Below, piece by piece: positions 11,600 to 24,488 of a stretch of DNA of 64,000 nucleotides. A model generated the notes under the pieces. It saw only the letters and a program-made list of their open reading frames with translations. It did no database searches and was not told the DNA's origin. The stretch covers positions 2,292,011 to 2,356,010 of the forward strand of contig MU054117.1 of NCBI GenBank assembly GCA_013239625.1, written 5' to 3'. How positions within the stretch are numbered: the stretch's first letter is position 1; each line of letters starts with the position of its first letter. Source of the DNA: Lama guanicoe (taxonomy: Eukaryota). A program made the position numbers and the translations under genes.

Positions 11600-12926
11600 C
11601 TGCAAGGAACAGAGAGAGAGATGCGTGGGGGCTGTCTCTCCCGCTGGAGGTGGGTGTTCCCTCAGAGGGCATCACGGTACCATGAAAGCGTGCAAAGAGC
11701 AATTAAGAATCCAAGACACCAGCACGGCTCCTGACTCCACCCCTCACTAACACCTTATCCCCAGGCAATTCACTTCCCTGCTGGGCATTCTGTTTCTTCA
11801 TGTGTAAACTAAGCATAATTCAAATTAACATGAGAATCAAAAGAGATAAGATATACCCTACTAGAAACCAACTTTCAGGACCCCATCCTGCCCTTTAGAT
11901 CACATCTTTTCCCTGGAGATACTTCTCTGGGTGAGAGCTGGACAGAGTTGGGAGGGGTGGGGACAGTGCTTATCCACAACATTACAAAAAATTGATTGCT
12001 ATAAACTGTAACTTACATTCCAGGCACGTATACCCATAGTCTTGGTTAATAGTGACAGAAGAAAACCAACAAAACTGATTTAGTGTGGGCTCAGCTCATC
12101 TCCTAACAGCAAGGATAGCTTATTTATTTATTTAAATATTCTGATTCACCCTAAAGACATCATCCAACAGGCCTCATTTTACTCATTTGCAAACGGTGAC
12201 CACCGCGCGAGCAGCAGCAGCAAGAGCAGGAGTAACGGCCGTAGCAGAGCCGTCAGGGGAGGCGTGTGACATCCCAGAGGCAGGACGTGCCTGGCACAGA
12301 GCAAGAACTTGGTATGTTTGGATGACGACGACGACAACAACGACGATTTCCAGTTAGAAACTGCAGACACTCCACCTGGACCCACAGCATCCCAGCATCC
12401 CCCTGTCTCTAGAGGAGAGGACCCCTCCATGGCCGTTTTAAGATCAGGTTCTGGACACTGGGTCAGGGGAAGGGGTACAGGTGAGGTAACAACAACAGAA
12501 AACAGCCAGAAAGGAAGTGTATGGGGGGGGGGAAGCAGAGAGATGCCACTTAAAGTGAACAAACCCAAATTTCCAAAGACATGGAGAAACCTAAATGCTA
12601 TGAAAGACAGCCAGCAAAACCAACAGCTGGAACGTGAAATTACTCCAAAGGAGACTAATTTTATAAAACAGTCTCTCAAAGACTTTAATAAAATAATGAT
12701 GATAATCATTGTCACCATCATTGTCCTCCTCCTCATCAAATAAATATGCTTAGGATGCTAAAAAAAAAACTTTCCATTTTTAAAAAACCAAGATACTATA
12801 AAATAAAAGCAGGCAGAATGAAACAAGAATTTATAGATATGAAAAAAAAACAGTTAGAATATTTGAAAATTAAAAATACAGGCATTAAAAATTTAAATAC
12901 TAACAGAATATAATCAAGACTGAACA

Positions 12927-14410
12927 AACAGGATAGAAAGCCCAGAAACAAACCCATGCACTTACGGTCAATTAGTCCATAACAAAGGAGGTGAGAACAC
13001 ACCAAGGAGAAAAGACAGTCTCTTCAATAAGTGAAGCTGGGAAAACTGGACAGCTACCTGTAAAAGGATGGTATTTGAACATTCCCTAACACCAGATTCA
13101 AAAATAAACTCAATGAATAAAAGACCTAAGTGTAAGAGCAGATACTCTAAACTCCTAGAGGAAACATAGGCAGAACACCCTCTGACATAAATCACAGCAG
13201 TATTTTTTTGGATCTGTCCTCTGGAGTAATGGAAATAAAAGCAAAAATAAACAAATGGGACCTAATTAAACTTACAAGCTTTTGCACAGCAAAGGAAACC
13301 ACAAGCAAAATGAAAAGACAACCTACAGAAGGGGAGAAAACATTTGCAAATGATGAAACCAACAAGAGACTGATTTCCAAGATACACAAACAGCTCATAG
13401 AGCTTAATAAAAAAAATTAAAAAACAACCCAGTTTAAAAAATGGGCAGAAGACCTAAACAGACATTCTCTAAAGAATAAATACAGATGGCTAATAGGCAC
13501 ATGAAAAGATGCTTCCAACATCACTAATTATTAGAAAAATGCAAATCAAAACTATAATGAAGGATCATCTCACACCAGTCAGAATGGCCATCATTAAAAA
13601 GTATACAAATAATAAGTGCTGGAGAGGGTGTGGAGAAAAGGGATCCCTCCTACACTGCTAGTGGAATGTAAATTGGTGCAGCCACTAAAGAGGACAGTAT
13701 GGAGTTTCCTTAAAACACTGAAAATAGACTTACTATACAATCCAGCAATCCCAGTACTGGAAATGTATCCAGAGAAATCTCTAACTCAAAAAGATACATG
13801 CACCCCAATGTTCATAGCAGCATTGTTTACAATAGGCAAGACGTGGAAGCAACCTAAGTGTCCATTGACAGACAACTCGGTAAAGAAGATGTGGTCTATT
13901 TATACAGTGGAATACTACTTGGCCATAAAAAAGAATGAAATAATGCCATTTGCACCAACACGGATGGACCTAGAGATGATCATATTAAGTGAAGTAAGTC
14001 AGACAAAGACAAATATCATATGATATAACTTCTATGTGGCGTCTAAAAAAATTACACAAATAAACTTATTTACAAAAAAGAAACAGACTCACAGACATAG
14101 AAAATAAACTTATGGTTACCAAAGGGAAAAGGGAGGGGAGGGATAAATTAGGAGTTTTGGATTAACAGATACACACTACTATATATAAAGTAGATAATAA
14201 GGACCTAATGTATAGCACACAGAACAATATTCAATATCTTGTAATAAACTATATAAGAATCTGAAAAAAATATATATATGTATGTCTGACTCACTTTGCT
14301 ATATTCCTGAACCTAACACATTGTAAATAAACTATGCTTCAATATCGCTTCTCAGCCTTTTGGCTAAAATCAGGTGTAACCACACTGCAATAAAAATTAA
14401 ATAAATAAAT
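12927..14410 (+). mobile_element. 5'-truncated L1 (degenerate ORF2 C-terminus, 3'UTR and A-tail)
   Basis: ORF2-like peptides (KINKWDLIKLTSFCTAKET; DTCTPMFIAALFTIGKTWKQPKCP) lie in broken frames. TSD atcaagactgaaca at 12913-12926 and 14411-14424; inserted into an older L1 ORF1-region fragment. Confidence 0.92.
14344..14378 (+). pseudogene. 3'-truncated U2 snRNA retrocopy (first ~35 nt)
   Basis: atcgcttctcagccttttggctaaaatcaggtgta versus the U2 5' end ATCGCTTCTCGGCCTTTTGGCTAAGATCAAGTGTA: 3 mismatches in 35 nt. Confidence 0.9.
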
Positions 14411-14627
14411 ATCAAGACTGAACACAAAGAGAATTAGTAACTCAGAAAATAGTTATGAGGAATTCACCCAGTATGCAATGCAGAAATTTTTAGAAAATAG
14501 TTTTTTAACAAAAGAAACAACTAACATACAGAGGACAGAGGAGTTCCAGAAGAACTCGAGAAACTGACACGTTGTAACTGACTATACTTCCGTTAAAACA
14601 CAGACACACACAAAACTTCCACTAAGC

Positions 14628-14717
14628 TTTTTTTTCAGTTTTAATGGAGGTACTAGGCTAGAACCCAGGACCTCCAGCACACTAAGCAAGTGCTCTGCCA
14701 CTGAGCTATACCCGCCG
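14628..14717 (-). mobile_element. tRNA(Ala)-derived SINE (Vic-1-like)
   Basis: Reverse head ...gaacccaggacctc...ctgccactgagctataccc, preceded by poly-T. Confidence 0.85.
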
Positions 14718-15342
14718 CCACTGAACATTTAAAGAAAACATAACGCCAGTTATATACAAACTCTTCCATTAAATAAAAAAAAGAAGGAGCATTCCTCAAC
14801 CTATTTTATGAGCTGAACATAATCCTGATACGAAAACTTAAAAATGATTGTGCGAGAAAGGAAAATAAAGGCCAATCTTTCTCACGACTATAGATGTGAA
14901 CATCTTTTTGAAAAATAGAAAACTAAATCCAGCAAGAATCTATTTAAAAAATGATGACGTATCACAAGGTCTAAGTGAAAAATGGAAAGCAACTGAAACC
15001 ACATCAAGATTCCATTTCTTCCCTTATTGGATTGGCAGAATTTTTTTTCAATTGAAAGAGTCAGTTTACAATGTTGTGTCAATTTCTGGTGTCCAGCATA
15101 ATGTTTCAGTCATACATACACATACCTATATTCCTTTTCATGTTCTTTTTCATTACAGCTTACTACAAGATATTGAACATAGTTGCCTCAGCTTGCCAGA
15201 ACTTTTAAAGCATACTTCGTCAGCAAGGCTGGAGAAAGCTGCCACGCCTCACAGTAGCGGTGCAGATGGGCACACGCCCAGGAGTGATGGATTGAAGCCC
15301 TTAACAAAATCACATATGCATGAACTCTTTCCTCCTCAAATC

Positions 15343-15939
15343 TGAAGTCACAAAAAGGCTTCCCTGGTGCTAAGACAGCTTACAGAGTTTACTGCGATGG
15401 ATTAACTAGTTTTCTTGGAGTTCCTTCTAACTGACTGACCTGTGTTTCCCCTTGCTCCTGCTATTGTTGAATTTGCTTGAATGATTACGTGCTTAGCAAC
15501 CCCAACCCCATGTTTACACCCTACCCTAAATAACTTGTACCTAAACCCAGCAGTTATTTTCCAGAAAGAAGGTCACAGAAGGATAACCCTGAAGGAATGG
15601 CCAGATCCTCCAGCGCCTCCGTGACCCTGGAGGGATCAGACCAGATAACGCCAAAGCCATGGCAGCAACCTACTTGACAGACCACCAGAAGTCCCCGGGA
15701 CACAAGATAAACTTTTGTAAAAGACTGTTGTTCATTATCACTGATGTGCTTCGTCCCGCCTGCCCATACAGCCACCAAGCCCCAACCCCAGGATGGATTC
15801 ACGGTCTCTAAGACGTTAGCCCACGGTGACTCCTCTTTGCCGGGCAAAGCAATAAAGCTGCTCTTTTCTTTGCTCTCAAAATTCTGCCTCCAAGTCTGAA
15901 TTCACTTTTCTGGATGCAGAGGCTGATTTTTCAGAAACA
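15343..15939 (+). mobile_element. Solo LTR, ERV1-type (597 bp)
   Basis: TG...CA termini, 4-bp TSD aatc on both sides and AATAAA at 15851. Removing it rejoins an L1-like flank. Confidence 0.75.
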
Positions 15940-15999
15940 AATCTCCAGTTCTAGAATTCACCTAGAAGATTCTGCTCCATAAACAGGAAACAATACTTG

Positions 16000-18900
16000 G
16001 GCAAAGTTACTCACTGTAGATTCTCGGTAACAGCGAAACGCTGGAAACTACCTAAAGACCCGTGAACTAGAGAAGGGATGCGCAACCACAGCACGTTCCA
16101 GGTGGAGAGCTACAGGGCTGGGCTGCTCCGCCTGCTGTTGGTTGGATGCGCGGAAGGGGAACCCAAGGATAGGGAGGGCCGGCTGCCCGACAGAAACAGA
16201 TGAACCTGCCTGCTTGCAAAACTGCTTCTGCAACTATGCAGAAAAATTAACACTCTATCTGTATACCTTGATGGGCTACAGTCTGAGGACAACTTTTGCG
16301 GAGAAGCTTTGAGCTTCAGGAGTTTGTTATTGGTAGTGTTATGGGGGGCGCAGTAATCATTCTGAAGCTATTGTGTATGTTGTAGTAAATATACTGATGA
16401 TTCTTTGGGAAACAGGATCTTTACCATGGGAGAATGGAGGTGCAAACATGGAATGGAGCCCCAAGATGCCCAAACTTTAATTGGAAGTGTGAGCAAGAAG
16501 TCATGATTTAAAGTCTATCTGCTCGCTGAAAAGGCCTGGAAGCAATGACACCCCAGCAGAGATAAGCACATCCACTACCCAAAGCCTGCCTCCTACAAAC
16601 CGCATGCTACATTCTTTAAAAAGAAAGGGCTCCTGGAGCAATGGCTGATTATAGGTTGAGAGTCGGAAACATACAAGGTGAACATCTATTTCTTTTGCTC
16701 CAGAAACAAGGAAGTGCTCAGAAAGTAATAGGGTTACATTAGAAGGACAGAGGATGCAGCTTAAAGGGTTCTCCCGCTGGCCAAATGAGGATGATTTGAG
16801 CTTCAAAAAGAATAATGATGGTAATGTATTAAAGCCCATCGAGTAAACAAACAAACAAACAAAACCATGGGTCCAAACTAGAGCTAAAACTGCGTGGTGA
16901 TTGAGCTGGGGAGGGGTGGGGAGAGAGGATTCCACTTTGATAATAAGTACAGAAGGAATGATACTATTACAACTACCAATTAAATAATTGATGCAAGCAA
17001 GAAGCATCAGTGGAACAAGATATTCACGTGGCCTCAACATATCACCTCACATATTACTTATTAATGGTAGAAGGGAAAAAGGAACTTGTATAACGGAGAG
17101 ATCTGATGGACACCATCTTCACCACGTGATCAAACTTAGCATCACCAATAATGTAACTAACTGGTACTACGGACCTCCTGATGCTGCAGTAGAAGACACA
17201 GGTCACCCACGTTCCACCTGACTCCATAACGAGGAAACAGTCAGTCAGCTCCAGGTCGTGGGACAGTGGACAAGCCAACTAAAGACAAACGTGGGGGGTG
17301 GCCTGTTTCAGGGGAAAGGAGGATGCAGCAGATGATCTCTGCTTGGCTCTGAGATGGGGAAAAACAGCAAGGAAGGAAATTTTGAGGATATTTGGGGAAA
17401 TCTGACCCTAAGCTGTTATGATAATGATAGTACTGTTGTATCAATATTAATTAATATTAAGGTCCTTGTGTATAATAATGTTATTGGAATGTCCTTTTGT
17501 TAAGGGGGTGCGCACTGGAATACTTAAAGTGTCATGATAAAGTCTGGACTTACTTTGAAATGATTCTGGTGTGTGTGTGTGGAAAGAGAGACAGAGAGAG
17601 AGAATGAGTGAAATATTTACGCAAAATATTTTAGCAAATCGATGCACGTAGGTTGAAGAATAATGGTTGCTCATTGTACAATTCTTTCAGCTTCCCTACA
17701 TGTAATTTTTGGAAAATAAAAAGTTGGGAGAGAAATTAAGATCCAACAGTCGTCAGAAGACACCATTAGGTGAGTAAAAATGGCAAAGTAGAGAGTGAAA
17801 GAAGATACATGTCACCCATAAAATCCACAAAGGATTCATGTCCAAAATACATACCAAAAAAAAAAAATAGAAAAATGGGTTAAAAAAAAAAGAAGAAGAC
17901 ACTAATGAACTTACCTACAAAACAGAAGCAGACTCACAGACACAGTAAACAAACTCATGGGAACCGAGGAGAAATGGGATGAGAAGGGATAAACTGGGAG
18001 TTTGAGATCTGCGGATACTAGCTACTGTGTATAAAATAGGTAAAAAACAAATTTCTTCTGTACAGCACTGAGAACTATATTCAATATCTTGTAGAACCTA
18101 TAATGAAAAGGAATATATTATGTATATGAATGACTGAAACATTATGCCGTACATCAGAAATTGTCACCTTGTAACTGACTATGCTTCAATTAAAAAAAAA
18201 ATGGGTAAGAGGCTTAGGAGGAATTTATAGAAGAGGATATCCAAATGGTTCATAAACACACTAAGACATCTGTCTCAGCCTCACTAGAAGCTGGGAAGTT
18301 GAAATTAAAACCATGAAAATATGTCACTACACACCCACCAGAATGGCTTAAATTTAAGAGGTTTACAATAACAAGTGTGGCAAGGATGTGGAACAATGGG
18401 AATTTTCACATACTACTAATTGGTGTGTAAAATAATGTAGCCACTTTGGAAAATAATTTGGTAAAATAATTTAGGTACTAAGAGTTGAAGATACACATGA
18501 TGTGTGACCCCTTTCTAAGTACACACCTAGCGGAAATGCATGCTTGCTGACAGCAACAGACATGTATTTGTTCATAATAGTCCCAAACTGGAAGTGGCTC
18601 AAATGTCCAATATCATCATAATGGATAGGTAAATTGCGATACAGGTTTATAATAATCACACGATGGAATACTATACAGCAACGAAGATGTACAAACTACA
18701 ATCTCTTGCAGCAATATGCATAAATGTAACAAATATAAAATGAATACCAGACACATAGTAACACTTCATTATTGCATATATAAAGAGTTCAAAAATAGGC
18801 AAACAAATGACCATGTTTAGGGATGCAAATTAAGATAGTAAAACTTTAGGCAAGGAAGTGATTTTTATAAAAGATTAATGGTTATCTTGGGAGGCTGTGA

Positions 18901-20990
18901 TGACTAGGAACGATCACAATAGGGAGTTTTTGGGTGCTGGTGATAGTTTTTTTTTTTAACCTGGACAGTGATGACACAGATAATTTACTTTGTGGTAAAT
19001 CACTGAGGTCTATATACTTGTACTTTTCATGTATTTACTTAACAATAACAACAAAAAAGTTTTTTTAAGTTAAAGGAAAAATAGAAAATATAAGACAAAA
19101 TACAAGATTTCATATTAAAAAACAAGTAGCTATATTTTTAAAAGATAGATACAGAAAAGAAAAACATAAAAACTGAATTAAATAACAGGTAGAAAAGTTT
19201 CATAGCAGACTAGACACAGCTGAACAGAGAATGAGTGATCTGGAAGAGTAGCAAAAGTGATGCACAATATAGCACAGATGTATACAGAGATGAAGAAAAT
19301 AAAGATGACATTTACATGACTTGCAGCAATATTCTGGACCTGTCTCCTAAAGCAAAGAAAATAAAAGTAAAAATAAACAAATAGGATCTCGTTAAACTTG
19401 AAAGCTTTTGCACAGCAAGGGAAACCATCAACAAAATGAAAAGACAGCCTACTGAATGGGAGAAAGTACTTGCAAATGATATCACCAATAAGGAGTTAAT
19501 ATCCAACATATATAAGCAGCTCATACAACTCAACATCAAACAACCCAATCAAAAAGTAGGCAGAAGACCTGAATAGACATTTTTGCGAAGAGGAAATGCA
19601 GGCGGCCAACAGGCACATGGAAAGGGGCTCAGCATTGCTAACCAGCAGGGAAATGCAAATCAGAACCACCGGGTATCACCTCACACCTGTCAGAATGGCC
19701 GTCATCAAAAAGAACACAAATAACAAACGCTGGCAAGGACATGGAGCAAAGGGAACCCTGGTGCACTGCTGCTGGGAATGGGAATTGGTGCAGCCACTGT
19801 GGACAATAGAGGAGATTTTTCAAAAACTAAAAATAGAACTCCCATATGTTCTAGCAATTCCACTCGAGTGTACATCTGAAAAAAACAAAAACACTAATTC
19901 AAAAAGATACATGTTTCTAGCAGCATTATTTACAATTGTCCAGATATGGAAACAATCTAAGTGTCCATCAACAGACGAATGGGGATTTGGGGTATAGCTC
20001 AGTGGTAGAGCACATGCTTAGCATGTAAGAGGTCCTGGGTTCAGTCCCCAGGACTTGCAGTAACCAAACAAACAAACAAACAAAACAAAACATTCACCAC
20101 AACAGTGAGAGCTGAAAAAAAGAAAAACTAGTGGATGACTGGATAAAGATGTGAGATAGGTAGATAGACAGACTGTGGAATACTACTCAACTATAAAAAA
20201 GAATGAAATTTTGCCATTTGCAGTAACACGGATGGACTTGGAGAGCATTATGCTAAGTGAAATAAGTCAGACAGAGAAAGACAAATACTGTATATCACTT
20301 ATATGTGGAATCTAAAAATACAACAAACTAGAGAATATTACAAAAAAGAAGCAGAGTCACACATAGAGAACAAACTAGTGGTTACTTGTGGGGGGAGGGA
20401 AGGACGGAGGAGTAATAAAGGGGTAGGGGAGCGAGAGATACAAACTATGCATAAAATAAGCTATGAGGATACATTGTACAACACGGGTAATATAGCCAAT
20501 ATTTTATAATAACTATAAATGGAGTATAATCTTTTTTTTAAAAAGAGGGGGAAAAAAAGAAGTTTAGAGAAACGGAGAATAGCTTAATGGGAATTCCAAA
20601 AGAAGAGAGTGAATGGGAGAGAAGTAACGGCTGAAGTGATAATGGCTGAGAGTCTGTCAGAATTTAAAAAAGGTATGAATCATCAGACTGAAAAAGCACA
20701 CCAAGTCTTTTACAGGATAAATAAAAATAAATCCATATCTAGATACACTGGAATAAAGTAATAGATCCAGGAAAGTGAGAGAATCCTAACTTTCAGAGAA
20801 AAATGATTAACTGCAAAGGAAAACACCACCAGACCAGCAGCAGAGTATGTTGTTCAAGAGCAAGAGCAAAATGAAGACATCTTTGGGTATATTGAGAAAC
20901 GTATTATTCACAAGCTCTCGCTGAAAGAAATACTAATATACTGCCTTCCTTCAGCAAGGAATAAAATAAACCTGGAAAGGAGAAGTCGGA
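16000..20990 (+). mobile_element. Nested L1 fragments (old L1M 3' regions; younger L1 3'UTR insert about 17881-18196 with TSD aaaaatgggt; L1 ORF2/3'UTR about 19320-20530)
   Basis: Repeated L1 ORF2 and 3'UTR motifs match the 12927-14410 copy. Boundaries are approximate. Confidence 0.7.
19981..20130 (+). mobile_element. tRNA(Ala)-derived SINE inserted into an L1
   Basis: ggggtatagctcagtggtagagcacatgcttagcatgtaagaggtcctgggttcagtcccc followed by a (caaa)n tail. Confidence 0.9.
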
Positions 20991-21054
20991 TGCAAGAAAC
21001 ACAGGAACTCTGTACCAAGGGTTAATAAAATACTTGGTATCCTGAATACCTTTT

Positions 21055-21552
21055 GTCGGCCATCCAGACCTTCCCTGCGCCCTTCTCCACTTTGCCAAGT
21101 GCCTCGGGAGGCTGGCCAGCGTGGACCACATTAAATCAGCTCCCTTGTTCTCTGACTGGTTGGGTTTTGCCAATGGGGAGACCTAAGAGGGCACCGCAGA
21201 AAGGGAGGGTGGTCGGGTCGGAGTATATATTCTTCTGGTTCCTCCCAGCAGGGTGACCCTTGGCTGGGTGTACCCTCCGAGATCACTGCTTCTCTCAGGC
21301 TAGCTCCATATACAATTCTCCTTTCAGGTTCCCATAACTTTCCCTCCCCAAGTCCCCTCAGGTCCAGGGGAGACGAAACTCTGGTTGTTATTAGCCCAGG
21401 GTATTCCACTATCTCTTGCGGTTTCAGTCACCTCTGCCCACACCTACCCATCAGAACGAGTCACTTTATTTATTCATTGAACTCTCCTTGAATTATTCTA
21501 TATTCTAATTTGAGTGTGAGATTTGTTTTCTGTTGTGACCCTGACTGAGAAG
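21055..21552. mobile_element. Ancient ERVL-class LTR (LTR33-like)
   Basis: The 3' part tctaatttgagtgtgagatttgttttctgttgtgaccctgactgaga resembles recalled LTR33 termini. Confidence 0.5.
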
Positions 21553-23574
21553 TTGGTAAGTCTAAATAAGTATCAAACTCAAAACTATAATAATCACCAC
21601 TAATTTGAAGGAGTTAAAAACATGATGAAACTAAAATTAGCCAACACAACACAAAAGACGAGAAGAGAAACGTGGTGGGGCCATCAAGGGGTTTAAGATC
21701 CTCATTCTGTTCAGGAGGGATATGGAAAACCAGTGAACTTTGAACTGCGTTAGAAAAATGGAGCTCAGATGAATGTTCAAAATTTCTACAGTAACAAAAT
21801 CTGTGTCTCTAGGTCTCGTGTGAGTTGCAAGCCCTGAGTTCTAACTCTTAGACGTCTTCGTTGCTTGTAGGACTGCAACTCACTGCATCATCCCTCGTGG
21901 AACGTGCTTTCTCTCCACCCACGCTGAGTCCCCACCTCCAGGCAGCGCATCTCTGACCTCTGCCTCCAGCACCACCCACTGCCCTGCCAGGAGAGAGGAT
22001 TCTCCTGATGAAACGTACGTCGCGTCCACCCCTTCCCTCGCGGTCCACGGCCACTGTCCTGTTCATTCCTCGTGTTCACACTCACCTTCTCTCCAGGCCC
22101 GACCCTGTGCCTATCCCTGTTTCTGTCCTTCTCACCCACACCAGATGGGCAACAGCGCTACAGGGAGATGCTCAGATGACACAGAGGAATGTCTCTTGGG
22201 AATCCTCCCCAATTGTTGAGAAACAAGCACATCTAAGCAACCCAGCCTGGAATGCTCGACCCAGAACCAGCCCCCTAGCTCCTGTTCTAAAGAACCCAAG
22301 ATGGAATGGAGCCCCTCCAGCCCCCCCCAGTTATGACTCCTGGAGAGAAATGGCTGCCAACTTCCTCAAAATACATACCTTGGGAGAAAGTAATGAGAAC
22401 ACCAACGCTGACGAAGTGTGAAGACAAGAATCCAGAGGAGGAGACGAAGGGACATCGCCGGGTGGAGCAGTGTGCTACAGAGACCGCACAGTGGTTAGCA
22501 GCTCGCTCTGTGGAGTCAGTGCATCTTTGAACAGGATGCCAGTTGCCTTATCTGTAAAATGGGAATTAAAATAATGTCCACTCAAACTAGGAATAGGAAG
22601 CTACTTCCTTACTATGATGAAGAGCATCTGTGAAACCCTACGGATAACAGGACACTAATGGTGGAAGACTGAACGCCTTCCCCCTAAGACTGGGAGCCAG
22701 ATGGGACGTCCATCTCACCACTCCTAGTCAACACAGCACTGGAGGTTCTGGCCACGGTCATCAAGCAACAAATACATAAAAGGCATCCAGGCAGAAAAAG
22801 AAGAGGTAAAACTGTCTTATCCACAGACAGCATGACCTGATGTATAGAAAATCCTAAAGAAGCCACTAAAAAACAACTAGAATAAACAAGTTCCCCAAAT
22901 CAACATACAAAAATCAACTGCACAAAGACCTGCGTATAAATGTTCACAGGTGCTCCATCCACAAGAGCCAACAGGCGGAAAGTCAAAGGCATGCTGACTG
23001 ATGGGTGACTAGTCAAGTGTGGCCCAGTGGGGCACTTACTATTCAGCAATGAAAAGGAAGCCGACACAAGCTACAACGTCAGAGACATCATGCTCCGTGA
23101 AAGGAGCCAGACCCCAGAGACACATGTTCACGATTCCAGTTCCATGAAAATATCCAGAATAAGCAAATAGAGAGACAGACAGAAAGTAGATCAGTGGTTG
23201 CCTAGGGCCGGGCATGACAATGGGGAGTAACTCTAATGGGGCAATGTGTTAGAGTTTTGGGGGTGGTGGAAGTGTTCTAAAATTAGACTTAGTGATGGCT
23301 GTTCAACTCTAAAAATCATTGAATTGTACACTTAAAGTGGGTGAATTTTATGGTAGGTATAGTATACCTCAATAAAGCTGTCTTTTTTTTTTTTAAGTTT
23401 TAAAATGATATCTACCTCTAGCACCCAGATTTTGGTCTCCAAATGCCATTTTCCACTTAAAAAAAAAAGACTCCTTAGAGAAATTGTTGATTCCAGGTCT
23501 AGGGCCAGAAATATATAACATGAGCCTGGAATATACTGCCACTCTGACAGCAGAGAATCTAATCAAAGATTATT

Positions 23575-24488
23575 CATCTTTTGATGATCTGAGCACTCAA
23601 TTTCCAACGCGGAGAGGGGGTTTCACCCTCCACAACTCCAAGCACTTCTGGGACACCAGTTGGGTGTCCTAAATTTAGCTCAATGCTGACATTACCCACC
23701 CGGAGATAGCATCGGATTCCACAGGTTAAGGGCTCAGTCTTACAAGGCTGTCCCTGCCCACCTCCTTCAGATGCCAGTCACAAGGCCAGGTTGTTACCTG
23801 GACTCTGACCAACTGGCTATAAATCAGAGGTTCCCTGCGCAGGTTTGATTAATTTGCTAGAGCAGCTCACGGAATTCAGGAAAACATCTGACTTGCTGTG
23901 TCACCAGTTTGTTGCAAAAGGATGTAGCTCAGGAACAGCCAGATGAAGAGCTGCACAGGGCAGGAGTGTGGGAAGGGCTGCGGGGCTTCCGCGCCCTCAG
24001 GGCTGAGCACTCTCCCAGCTGCTCCACGTGTTCACCAGCCAGAAGCTCTCTGAACCCTGTCCTTTGGGATTTTAAGGAGGCTTCATTAACTAGGCATTGA
24101 TGAGCAATTCAAATTCCAGCCCCTCTCACCAATTTGGAGGTCTGGGGGTGGGACTGAGAATCCTGATGGCCCAATCACATGGGTGGGTTCACTGGCCACC
24201 AGCCTGAGCTCATCCCAAAGCGCCTTCTAAAAGTCACCTCACTGGCATAAACCCTGTTGTGGTGGAAAGGGTCTTGTTATGAGTAAGAAGACACCCATTT
24301 CACCTTTATGACTCTGAAGTGATTCAGGAACTGAGGACAACATATTAAGGCAAGTGACACTCTCACTGCTCTGTTGCTCAAGGAATTCCAAGGGTTTTGG
24401 GTGCTGTGAGCCAAGAACTGCAGACAAAGTCCCAAAATATATGTATGAGATGACCAAATATATATTTCTCATAAGTCACAACATCACA
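23575..24488 (-). mobile_element. MER21-like LTR inserted into an L1 3'UTR
   Basis: Contains ccacaggttaagggctcagtc and cttcagatgccagtcacaag and ends ataagtcacaacatcaca; flanks rejoin as L1MC-like 3'UTR. Confidence 0.65.

Noticed and set aside
13208..14023. ORFs of 70 and 135 aa as genes
   Set aside because: Frameshifted L1 ORF2 remnants.
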